Below, one piece after another: positions 9,973 to 20,800 of a stretch of DNA of 64,000 nt. The notes under the pieces were generated by a model, which was not told where the DNA came from, searched no databases, and worked only from the letters and a program-made list of their open reading frames with translations. The stretch is from Nitrospirota bacterium (GTDB taxonomy: Bacteria > Nitrospirota > UBA9217): the NCBI GenBank assembly GCA_963790205.1, contig CAWBNQ010000014.1, positions 305,415 through 369,414 on the forward strand. The letters are read 5' to 3'. The position numbers were made by a program, and so were the translations under genes. How positions within the stretch are numbered: the first letter of the stretch is position 1; each line of letters starts with the position of its first letter.

Positions 9973-10686
9973 TTACTGCGGGTCAAAGCCCGGCGACGAT
10001 CTGCGGGCCCGGACGGGCCACATGAGCCACGTCCTCAGCTCGTCGCTCCGCTTGGGATGCAGCTCGGGCGGGGCGTTGAGATACACCCCTTTTCCCCGGG
10101 TATTTCTGGTGATCGATACGCCGCTTCCAACAAGGCACTCGCTGGCGACCGTGACTTCCTCTTTCACGGTCGCATTCGCCCCGATAAAGCTGTATTTTCC
10201 CACCGTAACTCCGCCTAAGAGAACAGCGCCGGGAGCGATGAAGCAGTGATCCTTCAATACTGCATGGTGTCCGATGATCGCGCCGGATGCCACGATCACG
10301 TTATTGCCGATCTCGGCAAAGGGGCCGATGATGGCTTTTTCCATGATGATGCAATTATCGCCCATCACCAGGCCCGGGTACGACGTAGCCGAGGAGCTGA
10401 GGTGCGTGATCAGCTGATATCCCTTGGTTTTCGCTTGAAAATACTTCTCTTCTCTTAACCTGTTGACCCTCTGAAAACTGAGAGGGATGCTCATCTTGTA
10501 CTCTGAAGGGGGAAACGAGGATTCAACGGTCTCGAAGGGAACAACAGGCAGCCCGAACAATTTCTCTTCCTTTATGTATTTGCGGTCTACGGTAAATGCA
10601 GCTACTTCATAGGGGGAGTCATGGGTCAGAAGAGCGTAAATATGCTCGGCAAATACACTGTTTCCAAAAATAACTACTTTTTCCAT
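9973..10686 (-). CDS. Sugar O-acyltransferase, NeuD/PglD-like hexapeptide-repeat protein
   Basis: MEKVVIFGNS N-terminal domain followed by hexapeptide repeats (IGNNVIV, IGHHAVL, VGKYSFIGANATV). Confidence 0.85.
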   Translation of the reverse strand: MEKVVIFGNSVFAEHIYALLTHDSPYEVAAFTVDRKYIKEEKLFGLPVVPFETVESSFPPSEYKMSIPLSFQRVNRLREEKYFQAKTKGYQLITHLSSSATSYPGLVMGDNCIIMEKAIIGPFAEIGNNVIVASGAIIGHHAVLKDHCFIAPGAVLLGGVTVGKYSFIGANATVKEEVTVASECLVGSGVSITRNTRGKGVYLNAPPELHPKRSDELRTWLMWPVRARRSSPGFDPQ

Positions 10687-10813
10687 TTCAGCTTTCCTTT
10701 CATGAGGCGGTAAAACACTGAGTAAAGGCTGTTCGTTCCTGAACATGCTGGCAACGTGTGAGAGAAATAACCGGACACCTGTGCAGGACACATGCTTCAA
10801 TCGGGAGCAGCCG

Positions 10814-12112
10814 TCACGCCTCCTGGTGTTCCCGGAACAGGGTCTTGATCTCTTGATCTTCACCAAGGTATTCCGTTGTCCATTTCAGCACGGGCTGCAC
10901 AACGCCTGGCGCTCTGCCAAACCAGGAGCCTTGTCTTTCTCTCATGTCATGAATATTGATTGCCACCCGGCTTTCATAGCTATAAATTATGGAGCTTATA
11001 TCTTTTACAGCAAACACTACAAACCGATGTGAGCCGCTATTCAACAAATCGCCGGGGACAGAGCATATGCTGCGCAACTTACCTGCCGGCATCGGACGAT
11101 TATTCGGCTTGCCTGTGGCAAAGGCAATAACTCCTTCCTCGGTATACAGGTAAAGGGCTATATGTAAATGCGCATCGGCAACCAAGTTCCAGAATTCTAC
11201 TTCCACCTGAAATGGTGTCTCCATGGTCAGGGGATCGGACAGGCGGCCGTCCTGACGCAGCACACGCACACGGTGGAGCCGCACCATGTCATTACCCGGC
11301 GCCTCACTGATGTCATCCCAGACCTCTTCAGACAGATCCGCGCCCTTCTCGTACCCTGACAGGTACCTTGTCACGATCTGCGCCGTCGGACCGTCCTCGA
11401 CGATCCTTCCGCCGTCCACCCATATCACCCGCTCGCACAGGCTGTTCACGGCGATCATATTGTGGCTGATAAAGAGCACCGTCCGCCCGCCCTTTGCTGC
11501 GTCACCTATCTTGGCCAGACACTTTTTCTGGAAGGCGACATCGCCGACCGACAGGACTTCGTCAACCAGGAGGATCTCCGGCTCAAGATGAGCAGCCACG
11601 GCAAAGCCCAGGCGCACATACATGCCGCTGGAATAGCGTTTCACGGGAACTTCAAGGAACTTCTCGATCTCGGCAAAGTCGACGATGGAGTCGAAATGAC
11701 GGCGAATTTCCTCCTTCTTCATGCCAATGACGGCGCCGCTCAGGTAGATGTTTTCCCTCCCGGTCAGTTCAGGGTGGAAGCCGGTGCCCACTTCCAGCAG
11801 GGAACCGACCCGTCCGTAGATCTCGGCCCGGCCCGAAGTAGGCACGGTTATCCGGGAAAGGATCTTGAGCAGCGTGCTTTTCCCGGCCCCGTTCTGGCCA
11901 ATGATGCCGACGATCTCACCCTGCCTGACCTCACAGGAAACATCTTTCAGTGCCCAGAAGGCGTTCTCGTTCCGATGAGGTCGTCCGATGTTCCGGAACA
12001 GGGATTTCAGACCGCTCGTAACCTGCTCGCGCAGGCTGTCGCTGCGGTATTTGGCTGCCGCGATATTATACTGTTTGGACAGGTTTTCGGCTCGAATCGT
12101 GATATCACTCAT
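10814..12112 (-). CDS. wzt: Polysaccharide ABC transporter ATP-binding protein with C-terminal Wzt_C domain
   Basis: GQNGAGKST, GFHPELTGRENI, YSSGM, LLVDEVL. Confidence 0.92.
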   Translation of the reverse strand: MSDITIRAENLSKQYNIAAAKYRSDSLREQVTSGLKSLFRNIGRPHRNENAFWALKDVSCEVRQGEIVGIIGQNGAGKSTLLKILSRITVPTSGRAEIYGRVGSLLEVGTGFHPELTGRENIYLSGAVIGMKKEEIRRHFDSIVDFAEIEKFLEVPVKRYSSGMYVRLGFAVAAHLEPEILLVDEVLSVGDVAFQKKCLAKIGDAAKGGRTVLFISHNMIAVNSLCERVIWVDGGRIVEDGPTAQIVTRYLSGYEKGADLSEEVWDDISEAPGNDMVRLHRVRVLRQDGRLSDPLTMETPFQVEVEFWNLVADAHLHIALYLYTEEGVIAFATGKPNNRPMPAGKLRSICSVPGDLLNSGSHRFVVFAVKDISSIIYSYESRVAINIHDMRERQGSWFGRAPGVVQPVLKWTTEYLGEDQEIKTLFREHQEA

Positions 12113-12193
12113 GAAATTCCCCTTATGAACTGCGATGCTGGACCCGATCCATAAGCAACGAATAAAGCTTTTTCCTCCCCGGTGACCGCGGCA

Positions 12194-13084
12194 TTAAATA
12201 ACATCGGCGAATGTCTGCTCCATCCGCTTGAAGTAAACGATTCCGCCCAACAGCAGTGCCAGCACCACGGATGAGCTGATTGCGATCATCGTGAAGTCCG
12301 GGCTCCCCTTTCCGAGCAGCGCCCACCGGAAACCCTCGATCACCCCTGCCATGGGGTTCAGGCTGTAGAGCAACCGCCATTTCTGCGGGACCACGCTGAC
12401 GGGGTATACTACGGGCGATGCGTACATCCAGACCTGGCTCAGGAAGGGTATGATGTAACTCACATCCCGGTACCTCACGTTGAGGGACGAGAGCCAGAGC
12501 GTCATTGCCATGGCTGTCATGAAGGCGAGGCCCATAAACAGAGGCAGCGCCAATAATCCCCACGCGGGCGCGACGTGAAACCATGCCATCAGGGCCAGCA
12601 GCATCAGGAACGAGAGAAGGAAATCCACTGCAGGCGCGGCCGTAGCGGCGAGAGGGAGCAGCAATCGCGGGAAATAGATTTTCGTGATCAGGTTGGAACT
12701 GCCGACCACGCTGTTCCCGCCGCGCGTAAGGACCTGCGAAAAGAATGTCCAGGGAAGCAGCCCGGCGTACGCAAAGACAGGATAGGGCACGCCGTCAGAG
12801 GGAATCTTGGCCAGAATGCCGAAGATCAGAGTAAATATGATCATGTTGATCAGCGGCTGGATCACGGCCCAGCTGGCCCCGATGGCCGTCTGCTTGTAGC
12901 GAACGATGATGTCCCGCCAGGCCATGAAGTAAAGCAGCTCCCGGTAGCGCCAGAGCTCGCCCAGGTCAAGCTGCAATAGCCTCTGGCGGGATTGAACTAC
13001 CACTGAAGGTTTTTTCGATGTTCTTCCTGCTGCCAATTCCATTTCGTGCACCTCTTGTTCGGCGAAGTCCAATACCGGACTCAC
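12194..13084 (-). CDS. wzm: Polysaccharide ABC transporter permease
   Basis: ELWRYRELL, RYKQT, KIYFPR, RYRDV, NPMAGVIEGFR. Confidence 0.92.
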   Translation of the reverse strand: MSPVLDFAEQEVHEMELAAGRTSKKPSVVVQSRQRLLQLDLGELWRYRELLYFMAWRDIIVRYKQTAIGASWAVIQPLINMIIFTLIFGILAKIPSDGVPYPVFAYAGLLPWTFFSQVLTRGGNSVVGSSNLITKIYFPRLLLPLAATAAPAVDFLLSFLMLLALMAWFHVAPAWGLLALPLFMGLAFMTAMAMTLWLSSLNVRYRDVSYIIPFLSQVWMYASPVVYPVSVVPQKWRLLYSLNPMAGVIEGFRWALLGKGSPDFTMIAISSSVVLALLLGGIVYFKRMEQTFADVI

Positions 13085-13199
13085 TCCGGATCACGGTTCA
13101 TACTTGTTCGCTCTGCCGTACAAAAAAGATTCGGCATAGAAAGAAGTTCATGAGCTCGAACATCAGTTTTTTTGTCGCTTCTGTAAATCAGCTTCATTC

Positions 13200-13469
13200 G
13201 GTTTGCCGATCTTCCTAATAAGAGATAGTATGTTCCTCACAGGCTTCATAGAGCACTTCCCTTCCTTCGACGCAAAACTTTGCCTTTAATGAGTCCGGGG
13301 GGGGGTCATAGATCCCGGCATGGAGCACCTCGCTGTTCCTCGATCTGATTCCCATTCCATGGGATTCATTCTTTTCCAAGATATAGATGTTCAACTTCCC
13401 ATCGGCCAGCTCCGAAGCAATTGCCAGACCGATCACGCCAGCTCCTATTATGACAACATCCGAGTCCAA
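13200..13469 (-). pseudogene. Truncated FAD-dependent oxidoreductase (LhgO/L-2-hydroxyglutarate oxidase-like N-terminus)
   Basis: IIGAGVIG, ILEK, SRNSEVLHAGIY..SLKAK.CVEG; stop after 84 aa, RKIGK continues in another frame, rest of the gene absent. Confidence 0.8.
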
Positions 13470-13552
13470 TCATGCCTCCTTAACGTTTTTCCCTTTTACC
13501 CTGCTCATGCACAAAGACAACAGCTTCACAGTAAAACCTTCGCCTTCAGTCG

Positions 13553-14770
13553 TCAGCATTCGGCGACTGATCGCTTAAGTCTGAAAGCTTCGTCCTGGCC
13601 GTTGAGAAACCTGCAGATCTTCTCCCTATCCTTCTTCGAAAGGAGCTGGTGAGTAGGCAGGGTGAGTAGGCACTCGGCGATCTCTTTTGCAAAGGGGAAC
13701 ACCGTTCCGTTGAACTGGTCCCGGATCTCCTTGATCTCGTTTATTGGCGTGGGGTACATACGACTTATGCCGAGGCCTTTTCCCTGCGAAAGGGAGAAGA
13801 CCCTCTCTTTTATCTTCCTGTTTTTAACTGCCAGGGGAAGCCTGAGAACAGGAAGGGGGCCGCCAGGGGCCGGCGGCAACCTCAGGTTGTCATTGAACCA
13901 GGCTGCATTTTTTTTCCGTATTTCGTTTGCCGGTTCGAGCCGTTTCCGGAAGTCCCGCAAAAGGCCTGCGTGCATTCCGGAAAGTTTCTTCATGGGGAAT
14001 TCCGTATAAAATATGGTTTCTCCTAAATTAAGAAAAGGCAGTCCCGCGGGAAGCCAGTAGAGCGAAGGGCGGATAAAAATAGTAAGGAGCACAACCTTGA
14101 CGAATTCCCTGATTACCTCTGCAACGCCGAAGTCTTCCAAAAGAGAATATTCCTTCTCAATCGCATGCGCGATAACATCAGAGTCCGTGACGATGAGCCC
14201 GCCAGACCCGCACGTGATGTTCTTTCCTCTCCCCAGGCTGAAGAATCCGACATCACCTATGGTTCCGAGTCTTTTACTTTTTCCCGCACCTCCCATTGCC
14301 TGAGCTGCGTCTTCAACCACGAAAATATTTTTACCTCTGCAGACATTTCTTACTTTTTCGATGTCCGATGGAATGCCGAAAAGGTGGTCAGGAATGACAC
14401 AAAGCATATCGGCGTTAACGGCATCCTCAAGATGTTTGCCGTCGAAATCAAATGTGAAGGGATCGATATCGCAGAGTGAGACCTTTAGTCCTGCTTTTAC
14501 GATCGCTGAGGGCACTGAAAAACAGGTGTAGGCCGGAATGAGCACCCGGGTCTTGTCCGGAGATAAGGACTTCAATGCCTTGAGGATGATGGTCAATGCG
14601 GCCTTCCCGGAGGACACGAAAAAGACGTGTCTGACGCCGAAGTAAGCCGTGAGCTCATGTTCGAGCCGTTTCATGTATTTTTCACGCATAATAATTCCGG
14701 CTAAGCCGTGCACGAGGCTCGTCATGTCAAGGGGAGCCGCCGTGGGAGGTATGGTGCGTTGAATTTTCAT
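13553..14770 (-). CDS. DegT/DnrJ/EryC1/StrS family PLP-dependent sugar aminotransferase
   Basis: VSSGKAAL, IPAYTC, EDAAQA, FFSLGRGK, LTLPTH. Confidence 0.9.
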   Translation of the reverse strand: MKIQRTIPPTAAPLDMTSLVHGLAGIIMREKYMKRLEHELTAYFGVRHVFFVSSGKAALTIILKALKSLSPDKTRVLIPAYTCFSVPSAIVKAGLKVSLCDIDPFTFDFDGKHLEDAVNADMLCVIPDHLFGIPSDIEKVRNVCRGKNIFVVEDAAQAMGGAGKSKRLGTIGDVGFFSLGRGKNITCGSGGLIVTDSDVIAHAIEKEYSLLEDFGVAEVIREFVKVVLLTIFIRPSLYWLPAGLPFLNLGETIFYTEFPMKKLSGMHAGLLRDFRKRLEPANEIRKKNAAWFNDNLRLPPAPGGPLPVLRLPLAVKNRKIKERVFSLSQGKGLGISRMYPTPINEIKEIRDQFNGTVFPFAKEIAECLLTLPTHQLLSKKDREKICRFLNGQDEAFRLKRSVAEC

Positions 14771-14774
14771 CGTG

Positions 14775-15809
14775 CTAAGGTAAGTTTTTTACGATTCTTG
14801 GACCTATCAATCTTGTCAGACCGACCGGCAGTTGCTGCCAGATTTTGATCGCCATCCGGTACTTTGGGTTCTTGGGATTGAGCTGGGGCACATGCCCCCC
14901 ATTTCTCATCCAGTAATGCCAGTACAGTTGAACAGGTTTTGCACCCCACTGCTCTTTGTATCGATACGTCCCTTCTCCGGGGGTAGACCTACCGAAATCG
15001 AAAAAACGGTAACCCCTTTCGCATGCAAATTCAAGCGCATTCCAATAAAGGAGCATGTTAGGGCCATACTGATTATAGCTCCTTAACGATGAAGCCCAGG
15101 GAATCTCCAGGATATCTTTAAACCCTACAAGAAAACCGGATGCCGCGGGATCTCCCCTCTTCGTGTATATGGTGCATATCCATGTCGTTTCAGGAAATTC
15201 CTTCAGGATGTTTCTGAAAAATTCCTTGGAATATACCGGCGTTCCCAGGTCCCTCATATTGACTGAAAAGACAGCATAGAAGCTGTCCAGTTCTTCTTCC
15301 CTGCCGAGCCTTGAATACATCTCTTCCTTTGCGGGTCTTCTTATCTGACTTCGTAATTTTGAAGAAAAAGATTTCCAGAGATCCTTTGCATGGTGAGGAA
15401 GCGCTAATCTCATGGCGACCTTCCCCGTCTTTACCGCGAGGCCGTTACTCGCCTGTTGCGTATGCCTCAACTCGATATGTTCTGCATTTTTTCCCGCCGC
15501 GATACGGATGGCTTCATTCAGCAACCGGTTGGAAATCTCTTCATTATCGGCACAGATCCCGCCGTAATTAACGTAGGGAAGGGAAACCATAAAATTGCCG
15601 AAAAGAATACTTTGCAGATGGATAAGAGGGAGGACCCCGTTAATATCATTTTCCCCCTCATCAGCAAATAAATAATACGTCTTGTGGCCGAAACTCCTTT
15701 CAATGACATTTTTCCAGCCGGTCAAATGATAACAGGTGGAGATGCCTGAATTCGTAACGTATTCGTCCCATCGCTCTCTGTCTTCATTTCTCAACAATTG
15801 AATAGCCAT
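14775..15809 (-). CDS. FemAB-family XrtA/PEP-CTERM system-associated protein
   Basis: VSLPYVNYGG, KLRSQIRR, NMRDLGTPV, FDFGRS, YKEQWGA, LNPKNPKY. Confidence 0.9.
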   Translation of the reverse strand: MAIQLLRNEDRERWDEYVTNSGISTCYHLTGWKNVIERSFGHKTYYLFADEGENDINGVLPLIHLQSILFGNFMVSLPYVNYGGICADNEEISNRLLNEAIRIAAGKNAEHIELRHTQQASNGLAVKTGKVAMRLALPHHAKDLWKSFSSKLRSQIRRPAKEEMYSRLGREEELDSFYAVFSVNMRDLGTPVYSKEFFRNILKEFPETTWICTIYTKRGDPAASGFLVGFKDILEIPWASSLRSYNQYGPNMLLYWNALEFACERGYRFFDFGRSTPGEGTYRYKEQWGAKPVQLYWHYWMRNGGHVPQLNPKNPKYRMAIKIWQQLPVGLTRLIGPRIVKNLP

Positions 15810-15843
15810 ACTTCACCCGGACCGGCATGAGCCGTTGTAGACG

Positions 15844-16689
15844 CTATTGTTCATGAATGGACGTAGAGAGCTCTTTAAAGTTGAATGCATTCAAGAGACT
15901 CATAAGCTTCGGCAGGGTGCTCCGGAGATTGATATAATGCCTTATCCTTGATGACAATCGCCCGTGCAGGCGCGGTTGATCGGTATCGATCTCCCAGGGA
16001 TGCAGGTAGAGGATCGCAGGTTCTTTCTCCTGTTCGTTTATCGCGGTAATGGCCCTCATGGTGAGTACGAGGGGAAACAGCCGAAAATAACCTCCGCCGC
16101 CTATGGGTATGTTCTGACTGAAGAGTTTATAGGTTGACGGAGGGAATTCCATGATGGACCCGCTGCCGGTCGCGATGCGATGCGGAAAACGATCCGCTTC
16201 CGGAATCCCATACCGGTCATGATGGATAGGGAATATGCTCGAGTCGTAGGAGAATCCCTCTTCGATCAATATATCCAGAGCCCACAGGGTTTTTTTGACC
16301 ACTGAATAGCTGGCCGCTCTGTATCCGATGACCGGAGTCCCCGTAATATCCTCAAGGATCTTTTTAGCCAAACGAGTGTCATCCCTGAACTCTTCGGGGG
16401 TGAGATTATAAATGAGTCTATGATTATAACCATGACAGGCAATTTCATGTCCTGTAGCATGGATCGCCCGGACCAGGTTCGGGAATTGTTTTCCGACCCA
16501 TCCGAGCACAAAAAAAGTCGCGGTCACGCCGTGGGCACCGAGCAGGTCGAGGATCCTGTGCGTGTTGTGTTCTACGCGGCTCTCGTACCTGCACCAATCC
16601 TCAAACTTGATGCTGTCGGCAAATGCGGACACCATAAAGTAATCTTCCACATCGATGGACAGGAAGTTTGTGATCGGCTTTTTCGGCAT
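15844..16689 (-). CDS. XrtA-system polysaccharide deacetylase (DUF3473)
   Basis: SIDVEDYF, ATFFVLGW, HEIACHG, GYRAAS, GGGGYFR, YLHPWEID. Confidence 0.92.
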   Translation of the reverse strand: MPKKPITNFLSIDVEDYFMVSAFADSIKFEDWCRYESRVEHNTHRILDLLGAHGVTATFFVLGWVGKQFPNLVRAIHATGHEIACHGYNHRLIYNLTPEEFRDDTRLAKKILEDITGTPVIGYRAASYSVVKKTLWALDILIEEGFSYDSSIFPIHHDRYGIPEADRFPHRIATGSGSIMEFPPSTYKLFSQNIPIGGGGYFRLFPLVLTMRAITAINEQEKEPAILYLHPWEIDTDQPRLHGRLSSRIRHYINLRSTLPKLMSLLNAFNFKELSTSIHEQ

Positions 16690-16824
16690 GTGATCGCTCT
16701 TTACAGCTCTCCGTTCAGGGCGGCAGCTGATCGCGACGGTTCATGCATCCGGTCCGCCCCGCGCCGCCTTGATGCTGCTGAGCGGCTGTTCTGCATGGAT
16801 CTTTTGAGCTGCGCTGAAGCGCGG

Positions 16825-17796
16825 TCAGGCGACAAGCTGGCCCGGTGCACGGTATGCCTGCTTGTACCACAGAACGGTCTGTTCGAGACCCCGCACGATA
16901 TCATATTCGGGAGTGTAGCCCAGGTCCCGCATGGCATTGCCGATATCGGCACGGGACTCTTTGATGTCGCCCGGCCGCTCCGGCTTATGGATAATGGTCG
17001 ACTGTGAGCCCGCGACCTCGGTGATGATGGTTGCCAGTTCGCGGATGCTGATACTGAAGCCGCTAGCGATGTTGAAGCACCGGCCCGCGCCGTTCTCCGC
17101 CCTGAGCACCAGCAGGTTCGCCTTTACCACGTCATCGACAAAGACGAAGTCCCGTGTCTGGTCCCCGTCCCCGTCTATGGGGATCGGCTCGTTTCGTATG
17201 GCCTTGGTTATGAAGCTCGGCATGACGGCCGCGTAGCCCGAGGCCGGGTCCTGCCTGCGGCCGTAGACATTGAAATACCTCAGCCCCACGATGCTGATGT
17301 TGCGGAGATCGCAGTAGTTTTTCGCGAGCATTTCCTTCGCCGCCTTCGAGACGGCATAGGGCGAGAGGGGCTTCAGCGGCATGTCCTCCCGTTTGACCGG
17401 CTCAGGCCCGTCCCCATAGACCGCACAGGAGCTTGCGAAGACCACCCGTTTGCATCCGCTCTCCGCGGCGATGTCGAAGAGGTTCGCCGTCCCCGCGACA
17501 TTCGTTTCCATGGTCTTGACCGGTTCCAGGATGCTCTTCACAACGCTCGGGATTGCCGCCTGATGTGAGATCCCGCAGATCTGATAGGACCTCATGATCG
17601 ACCGCAGAAGCCCACTGTCCAGGATGCTGCCCCGGATAAAGGTGAAGTTTTCGTCATGCAGCAGGTGATCGATGTTTTCCATTCTTCCGCTGCTCAGGTC
17701 GTCCAGCACAATGACCCGATATCCCTGCGCCAATAACGCCTCGGCGATATTGCTCCCGATGAAACCGGCCCCGCCGGTCACTAATATCGATTCCAT
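16825..17796 (-). CDS. NAD-dependent nucleotide-sugar epimerase/dehydratase
   Basis: TGGAGFIGS, YAVSK, LRYFNVYG, TRDF. Confidence 0.92.
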   Translation of the reverse strand: MESILVTGGAGFIGSNIAEALLAQGYRVIVLDDLSSGRMENIDHLLHDENFTFIRGSILDSGLLRSIMRSYQICGISHQAAIPSVVKSILEPVKTMETNVAGTANLFDIAAESGCKRVVFASSCAVYGDGPEPVKREDMPLKPLSPYAVSKAAKEMLAKNYCDLRNISIVGLRYFNVYGRRQDPASGYAAVMPSFITKAIRNEPIPIDGDGDQTRDFVFVDDVVKANLLVLRAENGAGRCFNIASGFSISIRELATIITEVAGSQSTIIHKPERPGDIKESRADIGNAMRDLGYTPEYDIVRGLEQTVLWYKQAYRAPGQLVA

Positions 17797-17896
17797 ACGT
17801 TCCTCCTTGATTTACACGGTTGTAAATTATTTATTTGCGGGGCTCCACGAGTGGCGATGAGAACGCCCCGGTGACACAACGCCCTTTTCCCCTTTG

Positions 17897-20800
17897 TCAC
17901 GGACCCGACACCGCAAAGGTCGCGCTGATCGTATGGTTCGCCGCGACACTGCTGAAGGTGTGGGCTGTTACGGCGCCGATCGAGTTTCCGTCCACCAGGA
18001 CGTCAAATACGGTGTAACCGCCATTTGGAGCGATCGTACAGTCGGAGCTTGATCCGTAATTGACCGATGTCGGCGTACAGCTGACCGTCCCGTTCGGGTC
18101 CGTATTTAAGGCCGTGATGGTGTAGGTGTTGATCGTGAAACTGGCGCTGATCGTATGCGTGGTCGTCACATTGTTGAACGTGTAGCTCGTCACCGCGCCC
18201 ACCGAACCGCCGTCCACTTGGACGTCGGCAACGTGGTAGTTGGCGGCAGGCGTGATGGTAAATGTCTGGTTCGCTCCGTAGTCCACCGATACCGCACCGG
18301 AGGGGCTGATGCCTCCGTTCGAACCAGCGCTCGCCGTGACGGTGTTGGTGTTGATCGTGAAGCTGGCACTGATCGTATGCGTGGTCGTCACATTGTTGAA
18401 CGTGTAGCTCGTCACCGCGCCCACCGAGCCGCCGTCCACCTGGACGTCGGCAACGTGGTAGTTGGCGGCAGGCGTGATGGTAAATGTCTGGTTCGCTCCG
18501 TAGTCCACCGATACCGCACCGGAGGGGCTGATGCCTCCGTTCGAACCAGCGCTCGCCGTGACGGTGTTGGTGTTGATCGTGAAGCTGGCACTGATCGTAT
18601 GCGTGGTCGTCACATTGTTGAACGTGTAGCTCGTCACCGCGCCCACCGAGCCGCCGTCCACCTGGACGTCGGCAACGTGGTAGTTGGCGGCAGGCGTGAT
18701 GGTAAATGTCTGGTTCGCTCCGTAGTCCACCGATACCGCACCGGAGGGGCTGATGCCTCCGTTCGAACCAGCGCTCGCCGTGACGGTGTTGGTGTTGATC
18801 GTGAAGCTGGCACTGATCGTATGCGTGGTCGTCACATTGTTGAACGTGTAGCTCGTCACTGCGCCCACCGAGCCGCCGTCCACCTGGACGTCGGCAACGT
18901 GGTAGTTGGCGGCAGGCGTGATGGTAAACGACTGATTCGCTCCATAGTCCACCGATACCGCACCGGAGGGGCTGATGCCTCCGTTCGAACCAGCGCTCGC
19001 CGTGATGGTGTTGGTATTGATCGCGAAACTCGCCGTTATGGTATGATTGTCCTTTACACTTGTGAAAAGGTAGCTCGTCACGGGACCGGCTGAAATAGTG
19101 TCCACTTGAACATCAAGAATATGGTATCCGGTATTCGCCTGAATAGTAAATGATTGATTTCCGCCATAAGGCACAAGGGTAGTGCCGGGTGTAATAGTCC
19201 CTCCCGCCGTAGGTGTTGCCGTAGCGGTAATCTGGTACATGTTATTCGAAAAGCTTACCGCTATGGTGTGGGGAGCCGTTATATTGTTGAAGGTATACGA
19301 GTTAGCCAAGCCCACCAGGGAGCCGTCGACCATCACATTCGAAACATAGTACCCGGTATTCGGGGTGAACGTGAACGTCTGGTTTGCTCCGTAGTTGACC
19401 GACACGGATCCTGAGGGGCTGATACTCCCGTTCGCGTCCGCGGACGCCGCGATGGTAAAGGTGTTGATCGCGAAACTCGCGCTGATCGTATGAGTTGTCG
19501 TCACATTGTTGAACGTGTAGCTCGTCACCGCGCCCACCGAACCGCCGTCCACCAGAACATCGGCAACCTGGTATCCGGTAGTCGGCGTGATCGTGAACGA
19601 CTGGCTCGCACCGTAATTTACGGAAGGGTTCACCGGCGAGATAGTGCCGGTACCGCTGGTGACGACGGACGTTGTGATGGTGTTGGTGTTGATCGCGAAG
19701 CTTGCTACCACTGTGCAATTACTGGTAACCGCAGCCGTCGTGTAGGAGAGACCGTCCCCTGACAGCGTCCCGCCGCACGTCCCGCTCATGACCGCATGGT
19801 AGCCCGTGGCCGGACCCAGCGTAAAGGTCGTCGTACCGTTATAGTTCACTGTCTGGGCAGTCGCCGGACTGATAGTTCCATTCCCGCCGGAGACCGACGG
19901 CGTTACCGTAAAGGTGTTGATGGCAAAGCTGGCGTTGATCGTATGGACAGCCGTCACATTGTTGAACGTGTAGCTCGTCACCGCGCCCACCGAGCTGCCG
20001 TCCACCAGAACATCGGCAACCTGGTAGTTGGCGGCAGGCATGATCGTGAACGTCTGGTTTGCGCCGTAATTCACCGGCACCGCCCCGGAGGGGCTGATGC
20101 TTCCGTTCGGACCCGCGCTTGTCGTGATGGTGTTGGTGTTGATCGCGAAACTTGCGCTGATCGTATGGTCGGCAGTTACGTTGTTGAACGTGTAGGTCGT
20201 CACGGCGCCGACCGAAGTGCCGTCTACCAGAACATCGGCAATGTGGTAACCCGTATTCGGAGCGATCGTGAAGGTCTTGTTTGCGGCGTAACTCACCGAT
20301 ACAGCTCCGGAGGGGGTGATGGACCCACCCGCGCCCGCAATCGACGTAATATCGAAGCTCGCAACCGCTGCGGTGGTAAAGCTCCACGTATAGCCCGCCG
20401 GCGGGTTGAGGAAATTCCCTGCGAGATCAGAAACCCCTGACGTTATGGTGGCGGCATAAAGGGTGCTGTACGCCAGGGGCTGTGCCGGCGTGAAGATGAT
20501 CAAGGCGCCGTTCGCTGCCGCGTGCCCCGGTACACCGACCCCGTTCTGATCGACAAGTTGAACTGTGGTCGGAGTAATCGAGCTGGCAAGCATCGTTTCA
20601 CTGAGCAGGGCGACTACTTGTTTATAGACCGGCACATTATTTTGAGCATTAACGGGGAAGGTGGACAACACAGAGGGTTGCACGGTATCGGTCGCCTGCG
20701 TGCCTGTGGTAAAGCTCCAGATATAGTCAGACGACATCCCGTTGCCTGCCAGGTCCGTTACCGCTCCGGGGATCGCGACGGTGTGGCTGGTTGAATATTT

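Noticed and set aside
18128..19020. CRISPR-like or non-coding repeat array
   Set aside because: 222-bp in-frame coding repeats with no unique spacers
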